A stretch of DNA of 64,000 bases from a virus: the IMG/VR virus record IMGVR_UViG_3300025299_000105. One strand, written 5' to 3'. A program made the position numbers and the translations under genes. A model generated the notes under the pieces. It was not told the DNA's origin, ran no database searches, and saw only the letters and a program-made list of their open reading frames with translations. This document shows, piece after piece, positions 18,859 through 28,117 of the stretch (its first letter is position 1; the number at the start of each line of letters is the position of its first letter).

Positions 18859-20096
18859 AGGTCGGTTTCCTTGACGATGGTTTCGACTGCGAAAGACCCC
18901 TGCGCCGCGCCGATGGGCCGGGCCGGCTCCTGGCGGGCGCAGAGGATGTGGTGGGCGCCGTCCTGCTCGCGGAACAGCGTGGCGCCGGCGCGCGCGGGCC
19001 CGAACTTCAGGGCGTTCTCCTGCACATTGGTGGCCGAGCCATCGGGTGTGCCGATCACGAGGCCGCGCGGCGACAGCCAGAACGCCTGCTGCGTGCCCTG
19101 CCCGTCCGGCGTCGGCACCTCGCCGCCGGAGCCCTGCAGGCCGCCATAGGGCAGCACCACGACGGGCGCGGTGTCGAGCAGCCCACCGGCGAGCCAGTAG
19201 GTGCGGTCGGCACAGACGAAGACGCCGGTTTCGCAGGGCTGCACCACGGTGATCGGCGCCGGGAACGGAATAAACCCCTTCGAGGGGGAAAACTGGCCGT
19301 AGTAGTACGGCTCGGAGATCAGCAGCGCGGTGCCGGCGGCCACCAGCAGCGAGCCCTTGTAGTGCCGCACGATCGAGCCCGGCGGCATGTCGGCCAGCAG
19401 CAGCGAGCGCAGCTCGGGCCCGGTGTTGGTCAGCGCCACGATGTCGCCACCGTCCGTGGCCGTGGCGTTGAAGACCTCGCCGTTGGGCCCGGTCATGTAG
19501 ACCACGGTGTCGGCACCGAGGCCGGTGATGCGGATGCCGCTGTTCGCCGGCAGTGTCAGCGCCACGGGCGGCGTCGAGCCGGACTCGCCCAGCGGGCCCG
19601 ACTCGGTGAAGGCGACCTGATAGCGCCCGGCCGGCAGCGCGCCGGCGATGGCGGACACCGTGGGCACGACGACAGGCCGCGGCGTGGCCAGGAGCAGTGC
19701 GGTGGTGCCGCGCAGCCGCCCGATGCGCTGGCCGTTCGACCAGACCACGTCGCCGTCGGGCATGCGCTGGTAGCTGATGGGCGCCATCTCGGGCAAGCCG
19801 GACAGCACGCTGGTGGGCGTCAGGCCGGATGGCGTGGGCGCCAGATGCAGCAGGTCATTGCCGATCGCGCAGTAGCCCTCGGTGTCATCGCCCCATACCG
19901 AGTGCGCGGAGGCGCCGGAGAGCGCGAGCGTGGTGCCGCGGCGGCGCTGCAGGTATCCGCGCCCGTTGAGGTCGATGTTCTCCCCAGCCGACAGGAACGT
20001 CGCCTTCGAGCGATCCGGCAGCGTGCGCCCGAGCTGCGTTGGCGGCAGCCGATTGTTCACGCCGGGGGCCAAGGAGCCGAGATTGATGGAGCGCAT
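18855..20096 (-). CDS. Tail stopper/nozzle-like protein (P22 gp10-like position)
   Basis: GVNNR, ENIDLNGRGYLQRRRG, beta-propeller-like; follows the adaptor. Confidence 0.65.
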   Translation of the reverse strand: MRSINLGSLAPGVNNRLPPTQLGRTLPDRSKATFLSAGENIDLNGRGYLQRRRGTTLALSGASAHSVWGDDTEGYCAIGNDLLHLAPTPSGLTPTSVLSGLPEMAPISYQRMPDGDVVWSNGQRIGRLRGTTALLLATPRPVVVPTVSAIAGALPAGRYQVAFTESGPLGESGSTPPVALTLPANSGIRITGLGADTVVYMTGPNGEVFNATATDGGDIVALTNTGPELRSLLLADMPPGSIVRHYKGSLLVAAGTALLISEPYYYGQFSPSKGFIPFPAPITVVQPCETGVFVCADRTYWLAGGLLDTAPVVVLPYGGLQGSGGEVPTPDGQGTQQAFWLSPRGLVIGTPDGSATNVQENALKFGPARAGATLFREQDGAHHILCARQEPARPIGAAQGSFAVETIVKETDL

Positions 20097-20103
20097 GGCC
20101 GGG

Positions 20104-20146
20104 AGTGTTCCCGGCGCTCCCACATGCGTCGAACCTTAGTGGGTGG
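20104..20146 (-). promoter_or_regulatory. Late-promoter motif copy 3 plus -10
   Basis: CGAACCTTAGTGGGTGG at 20130-20146; -10 AACACT at 20104-20109. Confidence 0.7.
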
Positions 20147-20173
20147 TCCATCGCGCCCCGCGCAGGCGTGGGC

Positions 20174-20875
20174 TCACCACCAGGCGAAGTTGTGATGCGG
20201 TCGATCCGCGCGCTCGTCCCTGCGCAGATCAGCGTCTGGGCGAAGTCCGAAGTACTGCTCGAACGCAGCGAGCGCCGTGACTGCCTTCTGGGGGTTGTAG
20301 ACCTCGCTGTCGGGCTTGCTGTAGGCGCGATGAAGCACCCAGTGCACGAGGAACCGGTGGTGCACGGCAGCGATCTCCGGCGTCGTGCTCTCGGGATCGC
20401 TGTCGGCCGTGATGGGTATCAGCGGGGTGCGGAACCCTTCCAGCTGGAGCGTGTAGGCCCGATCGACGATACCGGGCAGCACGATGCGGGTGGGGTCCTG
20501 GATGAAGAATCCCGGCTGCCTGCGCTGATCTCGCCACCGCGGGCACCGCTGGTCCAGCGCATCCCTCGCCGTGATGTAGAGGTCCTCGATGAACTCGCCG
20601 GTCGAGGCATCCAGCAGGCGTGCCTTCGTCACTTCGAACATGCGGGGATCGAGCGGGTAGGAGCTGACGCCCTCCAGCACGTTGATCCTCACGATCGCCA
20701 CGGTGTAGTCGTCGAAGAGGAGGCGCTTGCGGACGGCCGCCTCCTCTTCGGCCTCGCCGAACCAGCGCGCCAGATCCTCGTCGGCCCACAGCAGATCGCC
20801 ATGCGACCCGTTGCGGTCGTTCGGCTGATCGTCGGCATCGACGCGGAACGAACAGATGAGGTCGTCGAGCGTCAT
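20174..20875 (-). CDS. Head-tail adaptor (DUF6682-like)
   Basis: MTLDDLICSFRVDADD...LWADEDLARWFGEAEEEA...HRFLVHWVLHRAYSKPDSE. Confidence 0.7.
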   Translation of the reverse strand: MTLDDLICSFRVDADDQPNDRNGSHGDLLWADEDLARWFGEAEEEAAVRKRLLFDDYTVAIVRINVLEGVSSYPLDPRMFEVTKARLLDASTGEFIEDLYITARDALDQRCPRWRDQRRQPGFFIQDPTRIVLPGIVDRAYTLQLEGFRTPLIPITADSDPESTTPEIAAVHHRFLVHWVLHRAYSKPDSEVYNPQKAVTALAAFEQYFGLRPDADLRRDERADRPHHNFAWW

Positions 20876-20877
20876 GG

Positions 20878-21264
20878 TCAGGCCTGGCCGATCGCCTCTT
20901 CGTGCAGGCGCTGCTTGAGCGCGTAGCCCATCAGCGGCCAGATCTTCTGCACCGCGTTCTCGCGCGCAATCTTGCGGCCGATTTCCGCGTCGAAGTTCTC
21001 CGGGCTGGCGCAGGCAGACTCACCGGTGACGGTGAAGCCGTTGCGCAGCACCAGCACGCAGAAGGTCAGCAGGCCCAGCGTGGCCGGCGGCGTGGAGTCC
21101 CCGACTACCACCAGTCCGGTGCGCAAGCTGGCCTCGCCCGCAACGCCCTCGGCGGCCGTGAAGTAGTGCTCGCTGGCGATGTTCGCGGCGATGTCGGCCG
21201 GCGTGATGCGCGGTGCGGTCTTTCCCTTGGCCAAGATCAATGCCTCGGTAGTTTGGTCGCTCAT
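20878..21264 (-). CDS. Phage Gp49/Gp66-family protein
   Basis: APRITPADI, LTFCVLVLRNGFTVTGESACASPENFDAEIGRKIA, IWPLMGY. Confidence 0.85.
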   Translation of the reverse strand: MSDQTTEALILAKGKTAPRITPADIAANIASEHYFTAAEGVAGEASLRTGLVVVGDSTPPATLGLLTFCVLVLRNGFTVTGESACASPENFDAEIGRKIARENAVQKIWPLMGYALKQRLHEEAIGQA

Positions 21265-21289
21265 GAGATGGTCCTTGAAGTTGAGGGAA

Positions 21290-22063
21290 TCAGCCGGCGC
21301 CGAAGCGATCGACCAGCAGGGTGAGGTGCGCGCGGGTGTCGGTCAGCGACATGCGCCCGTCGACCTTGACGCGGTAGCGCGTCATCGCCAGCTCCTTGAG
21401 CGCCGCCTTGTCCATGTTCTGGATCTGGTCGCGCAGATCTTGCGTCTGCTCGTCAGGCGTCTCGCCGGGCTTGGCCGGCTGGACGATCGCCTCCAGAGCT
21501 GCAGGCGATTCGAGCTGGGCCTCTTCGAACATGTCGCGGTGCTTAAGCAGCTGGCGGCTCAGCGCGGCCGTCACCGCCTTCACCTGGCCCTGTGCCCACA
21601 CGCCGGAGCCGTACAGCGTCTCGTGGTGGGTGTCGCGGCGGCCGATGTACTTCACGCCCACGGCCGCGACCGTCAGGCCCGGCGGAAGCGGCTGATTCGC
21701 CGGAGGCGTTGGGGCTGCAGGAAGGGCTGCCAGTGCGTGCACGACGCCGCGGAACAGGTAGTCCTTGGCGCGCTGCTCGGGCGGCAGTTCCTCGTAGGGC
21801 CGCATGCAGGGATGCTCCTTCTTCTCCGGGTCCTTGACGTCACCGTAGACCCAGCCGTCGGCGAGCTTCTGCTCGTACCAGCTGAGGTGGCTCTCTTCAG
21901 GCGTTGCCTCGGGCTTGGCCAGGTGCATATCGACGCCAGCCAGCGCGCTCGCCCGCTGCCATTCCGGCGCGTCGGCCCAGGCCGGCTGGCTGGTGTCGCC
22001 CAGCGAAGCGCAGTAGGCGCGGTTCACCTCGTGAGCCACCTGCGCGATCTGTTCTCGGTTCAT
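21290..22063 (-). CDS. RyR-domain protein fused to a C-terminal phage domain
   Basis: ESHLSWYEQKLADGWVYGDVKDPEKKEHPCMRPYEELPPEQRAKD is a RyR repeat signature. Confidence 0.8.
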   Translation of the reverse strand: MNREQIAQVAHEVNRAYCASLGDTSQPAWADAPEWQRASALAGVDMHLAKPEATPEESHLSWYEQKLADGWVYGDVKDPEKKEHPCMRPYEELPPEQRAKDYLFRGVVHALAALPAAPTPPANQPLPPGLTVAAVGVKYIGRRDTHHETLYGSGVWAQGQVKAVTAALSRQLLKHRDMFEEAQLESPAALEAIVQPAKPGETPDEQTQDLRDQIQNMDKAALKELAMTRYRVKVDGRMSLTDTRAHLTLLVDRFGAG

Positions 22064-22084
22064 CGGATTTCTCTCCTGTAGATG

Positions 22085-22112
22085 AAAAAAGGGGCGGACC
22101 GGAGCCCGCCCC
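22085..22112 (-). terminator. Rho-independent terminator after the capsid genes
   Basis: Minus strand GGGGCGG-8 nt loop-CCGCCCC followed by T6. Confidence 0.8.
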
Positions 22113-22136
22113 GAACGGGGGTCAAGGAGGAGTCGG

Positions 22137-22610
22137 TTACAGCGGGCCGCGGTCTTCGCCGTCGATGTAGAAGTCGGCGCGGCCGACCGAAGCGTGCGCC
22201 GCGACCTGGTTGGTCCAGATCAGATAGGCATCCTTCGGCAGCGTGACCGGCTTGTTCGCCAGCGTCATGCGCGTGCGGCCGGTGGCTGCAGCGTTGAGGT
22301 CGGCGAAGAAGTAGTCGGCGTCCTGCGGCACCGTGGCGTCGTCGACGCCGTCCACGTACTCGAAGCCGAGGTCACCGGTGATGGTGGCCGTGAAGGCATC
22401 CGAGATGATGGCCAGCGCGTCGTCCAGGCGGAAGCCCTGCGGCAGCAGCCCGAGACGAACCTTGTCGGTGGCGCCGATCGCGGCGGTGCTGTCGCTGTTG
22501 ACGAGGGCGCCGGCGGCGTTCGTCTCCAGCACGAAGTGATGCGAGGTCTTGTTGCCGTACGGCGTGCCGCCGAACTGCTGCGACGAGAACTTGCGGGTGA
22601 TGGTTGCCAT
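22137..22610 (-). CDS. Capsid-associated (decoration/cement-like) protein
   Basis: 157 aa directly after the major capsid gene. Confidence 0.6.
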   Translation of the reverse strand: MATITRKFSSQQFGGTPYGNKTSHHFVLETNAAGALVNSDSTAAIGATDKVRLGLLPQGFRLDDALAIISDAFTATITGDLGFEYVDGVDDATVPQDADYFFADLNAAATGRTRMTLANKPVTLPKDAYLIWTNQVAAHASVGRADFYIDGEDRGPL

Positions 22611-22674
22611 GATGAGGCTCCTGATTCAGTTGATGGAGAGCGTCAGGAGGGCCAGCCTGGGCCGGCCCTGCCGA

Positions 22675-23955
22675 TCACTGGCCGGCGATGGCGACCGCGG
22701 TGTCGATCGCGATCACGCCGTTGTCCGTCGGCTGGAAGCCGTCGCCGTAGTTCACGTCGAATCGGACCTTGCTCTTGCCGCCCACGGAGCCGATGAGCAC
22801 TTCCAGCTTGTCGCCGTGGTCGAGTTCCTTCTCGCTCCAGAAGAACGGGTTGCCGGAGCGGCTGTTCTTGCCCCAGGCCTCGGCCAGCGCCTGGCCGCCG
22901 AGCAGGATGGCGCGGTCCACCGCGAAGTTGGTCCCGAAGCTCGCCGGCACCACGTCGGTCGCCGTTTCGGCCTCGTCGGTGAGGCTGGCGCACCAGCGCA
23001 GCACGTTGCCGGCGTAGAAGCGGATCGGCTTCGGCATCTTGACGAGCAAGATGTTGTTCCAGAGGCCGGCATCGCCGGTGAAGAGCGGGTTGCCCTTCGC
23101 CTGCTGTGCGCGCGCCATCGCAGATGCCTGCAGGACGCGGAAATTGCCCGACTTCACGAACGACGTGTACTGCTCGGCGGAAACCAGCAGCACGCGCAGC
23201 GGCGCATCGTCGGCCATGGCATCGCCCTCGAACTTCACGGGCGGCGGCGGCAGCGGGATCGAAGCGATCACCGTCGCAATCGAGTCGACGACGTCCATGT
23301 TCATGACGTCGGTCGTGGCGATCGCGATCTCGCCGGCGGATGCCGAGACGCGCTCGATGCCGGTACCGGTCGAGAGGTAGTGCCGGTTGCGGGTCGGGGC
23401 CTTCACCGGGTTCACCATGATCTCGGCGTAGTCGGCGTCGGTCTCCAGCGGCACCGCCCACTCGATGTTGTTGTGGAAGCCGCGCGCGCCGGCCATGTGT
23501 ACCAGCGTGCGCTGATCTTCCAGGCGCAGCATGTAGCCCTGGCCAGCGGCGCGGGCGAGCTGGCGCAGCTGATGGGGCGTGCGCTGCTGCGTCATCGTGT
23601 CGCCGGCCGAGATCGGCTTGCGGGACTGGTTGATGCGCAGCTTGTCCTGTTGGAGGTCGAGGCGTTCGCCGCGCCCTTCGGCCATGCGGCCACCCATGAT
23701 CGGCTTGCCGCCGATCGGGTTGACCAGGTCGAAGGTCACTTCGTCGCCGGCAACCTTCGTCAGGTCCATGCATCGCACGATGGGCATGTCCGTGCTGGAC
23801 TGCACGCGCAGCTTGCTCTCGGCGTCAGCCTGGGTGGGCATCTGGCCGGTGAGGCGGTTCAGGTTGGTGAGACGCTGCATCGTGGCAGCGAATAGGCCAA
23901 CCGACTGCGCCTTGAGCGCAAGTGGCGAGCCGTAGGGGATGTTGGTCGTAGACAT
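22675..23955 (-). CDS. Major capsid protein (N4-gp56/DUF4043-like)
   Basis: 426 aa, MPIVRCMDLTKVAGDEVTFDL, LHMAGARG-like, AILLGGQALAEAWG; follows scaffold. Confidence 0.88.
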   Translation of the reverse strand: MSTTNIPYGSPLALKAQSVGLFAATMQRLTNLNRLTGQMPTQADAESKLRVQSSTDMPIVRCMDLTKVAGDEVTFDLVNPIGGKPIMGGRMAEGRGERLDLQQDKLRINQSRKPISAGDTMTQQRTPHQLRQLARAAGQGYMLRLEDQRTLVHMAGARGFHNNIEWAVPLETDADYAEIMVNPVKAPTRNRHYLSTGTGIERVSASAGEIAIATTDVMNMDVVDSIATVIASIPLPPPPVKFEGDAMADDAPLRVLLVSAEQYTSFVKSGNFRVLQASAMARAQQAKGNPLFTGDAGLWNNILLVKMPKPIRFYAGNVLRWCASLTDEAETATDVVPASFGTNFAVDRAILLGGQALAEAWGKNSRSGNPFFWSEKELDHGDKLEVLIGSVGGKSKVRFDVNYGDGFQPTDNGVIAIDTAVAIAGQ

Positions 23956-23981
23956 TCAAGACTCCGAAATGGCGGGATGGG

Positions 23982-25088
23982 TCACACCAGCTTTCGCATC
24001 AGGGCTTCGATCTGCGCGGGCGTCTTGCCCTCGAACTTCGCCATGAGGTCAAGCGGGCTCATCTCGGCCATCGCTGCGGCTTCGTCGTGGTGGGCTTGCG
24101 AGCCGGCCGGAACATCCGACAGGCTGGCAGGCGTCTTCGGCTTCACTGCGGCGACGACCTCTTCGGCCTTCTTCTGCGGGTCCACTGCCGGTGCCGCCGC
24201 AGGAGCTGCGACGGGTGCGGGTGCGGGGGCAGGCGCCGGCGCGGGCGCTGTGGCGGCTCGAGCGGCCTTGTAGGTGTCCAGCATCTCGACCACCTGCGAC
24301 GCGGTCCCCTTCTCCAGCACGGTCTGGTACGTCTGGCGCACCAGCGACGGCTGCGCGTTGAGCCATTGCTGGTACTCCGCGCTGTCGACGATGGAATCCG
24401 TGTCGGGGTGCTTCGTGTAGATGGTCCGGAAGTGCGCTTCGGCAGCCGTTTCGGCGGCTTGCCGCTTGACCGGCTCCAGCTCGGCCGTGACTTCGGACTT
24501 GAGCTTGCCCATCGCTTCCGCGACGAGCGCGTTCACGCCCTTTGCCACTGCCTCGTCGGAGTAGTCGCCGAACAGGCCATTCGACGGAGCCGGGGCTGAC
24601 GCAGGCTGTGCCGCCGGTGCAGAGGCCGGAGCCGGTGCACCCGAGGCGAGCTTTGCGCGCAGTTCCTCGATCTCCGCTTTGGCCAGACGCGCTTCCTCCC
24701 GCGCATCCACCAGCTTCTGGTAGGGGATGGTGTGCTTTCCATCCTTGGCTAGGATCACCGAGTCGGCGCCCTCGGCAGCCGGAGCTGCTGCGGGTGCCGG
24801 TGCCGGTGCCGGTGCCGGCGTCGGTGCTGGTGCTGGTGCTGCTGCCGGTGCCTCCACCGGCGCGGGAGCCGGTTCGGCCGCGGCAGGCGCGGGGGCTGGT
24901 GCAGCCGGAGCAGCTGCAGGTGCGTCGGTCGGTGCTTCGGTGCCGGCGGCGGGCGCGCCGGATTCCTCTGCACCAGGTGCAGCGGTATCGCCCTCGAGGC
25001 CGCCCGTCAGAAGGCGCGCCATCGCTTCCTCGCTCACGTTGCCGTCGGCATCCGCGTGCTTTTCCAAAAACTGCTCGATGTTTGCCAT
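23982..25088 (-). CDS. Scaffold protein
   Basis: Acidic and Pro/Ala-rich, KDGKHTIPYQKL, between portal and capsid genes. Confidence 0.75.
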   Translation of the reverse strand: MANIEQFLEKHADADGNVSEEAMARLLTGGLEGDTAAPGAEESGAPAAGTEAPTDAPAAAPAAPAPAPAAAEPAPAPVEAPAAAPAPAPTPAPAPAPAPAAAPAAEGADSVILAKDGKHTIPYQKLVDAREEARLAKAEIEELRAKLASGAPAPASAPAAQPASAPAPSNGLFGDYSDEAVAKGVNALVAEAMGKLKSEVTAELEPVKRQAAETAAEAHFRTIYTKHPDTDSIVDSAEYQQWLNAQPSLVRQTYQTVLEKGTASQVVEMLDTYKAARAATAPAPAPAPAPAPVAAPAAAPAVDPQKKAEEVVAAVKPKTPASLSDVPAGSQAHHDEAAAMAEMSPLDLMAKFEGKTPAQIEALMRKLV

Positions 25089-25171
25089 GTTCTCCAGTTC
25101 CTTGCCACATCTCGCCGTGGCCGCCAAAGGTCTTGGGTGGTGCTTCGCCGGGATGGCGTTGCTGGAGCGTG

Positions 25172-25214
25172 ATCGTGTCGAGGAAGGAACAGGCGGGCGA
25201 ACCCTAGTGGGGGG
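25172..25214 (-). promoter_or_regulatory. Late-promoter motif copy 4 plus -10
   Basis: CGAACCCTAGTGGGGGG at 25198-25214; -10 CACGAT at 25172-25177. Confidence 0.7.
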
Positions 25215-25257
25215 TGGGTTCGCCTACGATTGCGTGCGACAACCGCCTGGAGGGCCC

Positions 25258-25806
25258 ATGAACTTCTCACCCGCAACCACAGCAGCCTTGGCAACCTTGT
25301 TCGCAGCTGGGCTGGCAGCTACCGTCTCGCTTGTGGTGTCGGTACTCTCGAAAGAGCAGAAGACGTCTGAATTTCGCCAGCAGTGGATCGATGCCCTTCG
25401 GAATGACGTCGCGGAATGGCTGGCGGAAGTCGCCATCGTCTACGCGACGTTTGACAACTTGACTTCCTCCGGGCGCAAGCCGACCCTCGCTGAGACAGAG
25501 CAGCGGTATGAGAACTTCCTGCGGCTGCGCATGCTCCGCCTTCGGATAGACCTCCGGCTGAATCCAACGGAGCATGCAGAAATGACCCAAGCGATGAATC
25601 AGGTGCGCGACAGCATGAAGGCAAGCTCTGCCGAGAGGATCGTCGCGGCCGACGCCGTCCTCGCGGCGACACAGAAGGTGCTTAGGGCCGAGTGGCGCCG
25701 TGTGAAGCGCGGTGAACGCGCTTTCGTCCTGACGAAAATCATCGCCGGAGCAATGGTTTCCGCCGCCATCGTTGTGGCAACTGTGGTGGCTATCAGATCT
25801 CTTTAG
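25258..25806 (+). CDS. Accessory two-TM membrane protein (moron)
   Basis: TM helices at both termini, opposite strand between portal and scaffold. Confidence 0.75.
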   Translation: MNFSPATTAALATLFAAGLAATVSLVVSVLSKEQKTSEFRQQWIDALRNDVAEWLAEVAIVYATFDNLTSSGRKPTLAETEQRYENFLRLRMLRLRIDLRLNPTEHAEMTQAMNQVRDSMKASSAERIVAADAVLAATQKVLRAEWRRVKRGERAFVLTKIIAGAMVSAAIVVATVVAIRSL

Positions 25807-28109
25807 CCGACGGGCACATTGTCGGTCGTGCGCTGGGTTTCGATCCCGCGGCCGCTGCCATCCATCGGAGAGCCCGGCCCAGGCACAACGGGCGGCAACG
25901 CAGGACTGGTGTTCTCCCTGCTGCCTGGCGTGCCCGTGACGTCGTTGACAGCAGCGGGCGGCGGCAGCGCGCCGGGCCCGGGCAGCTGCGGATCGACGCC
26001 ACCAGCACTTGGCGGCCGGTACCCGGCAGCCTCGGCGACCGCGTCCGCCACCGGCGCCACAGCCGGATTCATGACGATGGTCGCACCGGTCTGGTTGGCC
26101 GAGTAGAGGCCCTCGACGTAGGTCTTGAAAGAGTCGGCCAGGATCTTTCCGATCTCGGCGTCCAACTTCTCCTTCGGGTACCGCATCGACAGCTCCTGCA
26201 GCTTCAGGTCGCGGGCGTCGGCCATGCGGGCCTGATTCACCGCCTCGTCGATGCGCTGCTGGATCTGGTCCGGCGTCATCTGCTTGGCGGCCTCGCGCAC
26301 GGCCTTGATGATGTCCTCGCGGTTCGGCAGGTCCATGAGCGCGATCAGGTACGGCATCGCGACCTGCTGGAACTGCGGCGGCATCGCCTTGAAGGCTTCC
26401 GACATCGCTGACAGCTGCTGGCTGCGGTAGCTCGGCGTGCTGGGCACATCGTTGAGGGCAACCTTCAACTTGGTGCGCTCGACATCGTTGTCGAGGTACG
26501 AGAAGCCGTCGGCGTCCTGCGTGGGCACATTGAGGCGCACATCGAACTCCGGCTTCAGCGGATCCCCCTTGACGCGCACCGTGGTTTCGCGGCCGATCAT
26601 GTCTTCGACGATCAGCGACAGCAGCAGGTCGCCGACTTCGGCGCGGCTGGTGGCGAAGTTGTCATTGATCTCGGCCAGGGCCTGCGTGCTCTGCTCGAGC
26701 TGCGTGGCCTCCTGCAGACCCGAGTTAGCACCGCTTTGCGCGCCCTGCAGGCTGGGCGAGATCCCGCTGACGCGCTGGATGCCGGCGCGCGAGTCCTGCA
26801 ACATCTGGTACTGCTGCTGGTTCAGTTGGAAGTCGCGCTCCACCTTGAAGGTGGCGCCCGGCTTGGCCATGTGCTCCTGGTTCAGGATGATGTCGGCGTC
26901 GACGCGCCCGATCTCACGGCGGAACTGCTCGTCGGTGCCCTTCACGGCGTCCTTGGTGCGGGTCGTGCGCACCGCGGCAAGGCCCCATCGCAGCTTGCTG
27001 TTCGTCGCGTTGACGTTGTCCTGCATGTACATCATGCCGCGCACCAGACCATACGGCACGCCGGTGCGGTCTTCCTTCTTCCCCCAGAACGGCACGTAGG
27101 GGAACTTCTGGTGCCGGTACCGCGAAGGCTCGTCCGACAGCCGGTGCGGGCCCATCCACATCGCCATACGCATCTTCGGCACGACGGCCCACTCCGGCAC
27201 CGTGGCGCCGATGGCCACGAACTGCACGTGCATCGGGTTTTGGCGGTCGTACTCGACGACGCGCCCGTCCGGCAGCTTCAGCACCAGCATGCGGTTCCAG
27301 CGCCGATACCAGACCTCGAAGAGGCAGACCCGCTTGCCCGTCATGTCGCGCCACTGCTGCTCCTCCACACTCCACCCGCGCTGATCGTCCCATGCGCTGA
27401 GCAGGTTGGTGGACGTGCCGCCCTCGGTGGTGCCCAGGCCCTCGTAGATCGGCCAGCCGCTGACCACCTGCCCGATGAGTTCCTTCTGACCAGGGAACAT
27501 CAGCTTCGCCTGCGCCGTCGGCGTCCAGCGGCGGCGGATCAGGTAGCGGGCATCGCTGAGATCGTCCTCGGTGGCCAGCATGTCCCACCAGATCTCGTTG
27601 CGGTGGATCGCCTTGCAGCGGTACGGGAACTTGAAGGGATCGGGGTTACGGCTGACCTCGACCCAGCCGATGCCCGCGGCGACCTGCGTCTTGAAAGCAT
27701 CGGAGCATGCCTTGTCGGCCTTGCTGTGGCGCTCTGCCTGGTTCAGCTTGTAGTTGAGCGCTGTCGCGACCTGGTCGCCGCTGTCGCCCTCTCCTTCACC
27801 GTCGGGCAGCACACGCCAATCCGCGCGCGTCTTCGCCTCCAGGCCGAGCACCGCATCGATGGCCGGGCCGATGAGAGGCTCGATGGCCGGCGGCATTCCG
27901 ATCTGCTGCTGGCGCTGCAGGATCTCGGAGCTGAGCTGGTTCCCGTCGTAGTATTCCATTTCCCGGTCGGCCTTGGCGCGCCAGGCCGGCTGTTCCTCGA
28001 CCTCGTGGAAGAAGTCTGTGAACTCCGAGAGCGTGAGCGCACCGGTGTTGAGATCGGTGTCGGGCGTGCTCGGGCTGGGGCCGTTGAGTGCGGTGGTCGG
28101 TTCAGTCAT
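25803..28109 (-). CDS. Portal protein (P22-like)
   Basis: About 768 aa after terL; WRAKADREMEYYDGNQ, FPYVPFWG, YGLVRGM. Confidence 0.9.
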   Translation of the reverse strand: MTEPTTALNGPSPSTPDTDLNTGALTLSEFTDFFHEVEEQPAWRAKADREMEYYDGNQLSSEILQRQQQIGMPPAIEPLIGPAIDAVLGLEAKTRADWRVLPDGEGEGDSGDQVATALNYKLNQAERHSKADKACSDAFKTQVAAGIGWVEVSRNPDPFKFPYRCKAIHRNEIWWDMLATEDDLSDARYLIRRRWTPTAQAKLMFPGQKELIGQVVSGWPIYEGLGTTEGGTSTNLLSAWDDQRGWSVEEQQWRDMTGKRVCLFEVWYRRWNRMLVLKLPDGRVVEYDRQNPMHVQFVAIGATVPEWAVVPKMRMAMWMGPHRLSDEPSRYRHQKFPYVPFWGKKEDRTGVPYGLVRGMMYMQDNVNATNSKLRWGLAAVRTTRTKDAVKGTDEQFRREIGRVDADIILNQEHMAKPGATFKVERDFQLNQQQYQMLQDSRAGIQRVSGISPSLQGAQSGANSGLQEATQLEQSTQALAEINDNFATSRAEVGDLLLSLIVEDMIGRETTVRVKGDPLKPEFDVRLNVPTQDADGFSYLDNDVERTKLKVALNDVPSTPSYRSQQLSAMSEAFKAMPPQFQQVAMPYLIALMDLPNREDIIKAVREAAKQMTPDQIQQRIDEAVNQARMADARDLKLQELSMRYPKEKLDAEIGKILADSFKTYVEGLYSANQTGATIVMNPAVAPVADAVAEAAGYRPPSAGGVDPQLPGPGALPPPAAVNDVTGTPGSRENTSPALPPVVPGPGSPMDGSGRGIETQRTTDNVPVG

Positions 28110-28117
28110 GGTGGCTC

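Noticed and set aside
24200-24960. GGTGCC/GGTGCT tandem repeats
   Set aside because: They encode the Pro-Ala linkers of the scaffold protein; low-complexity coding sequence.
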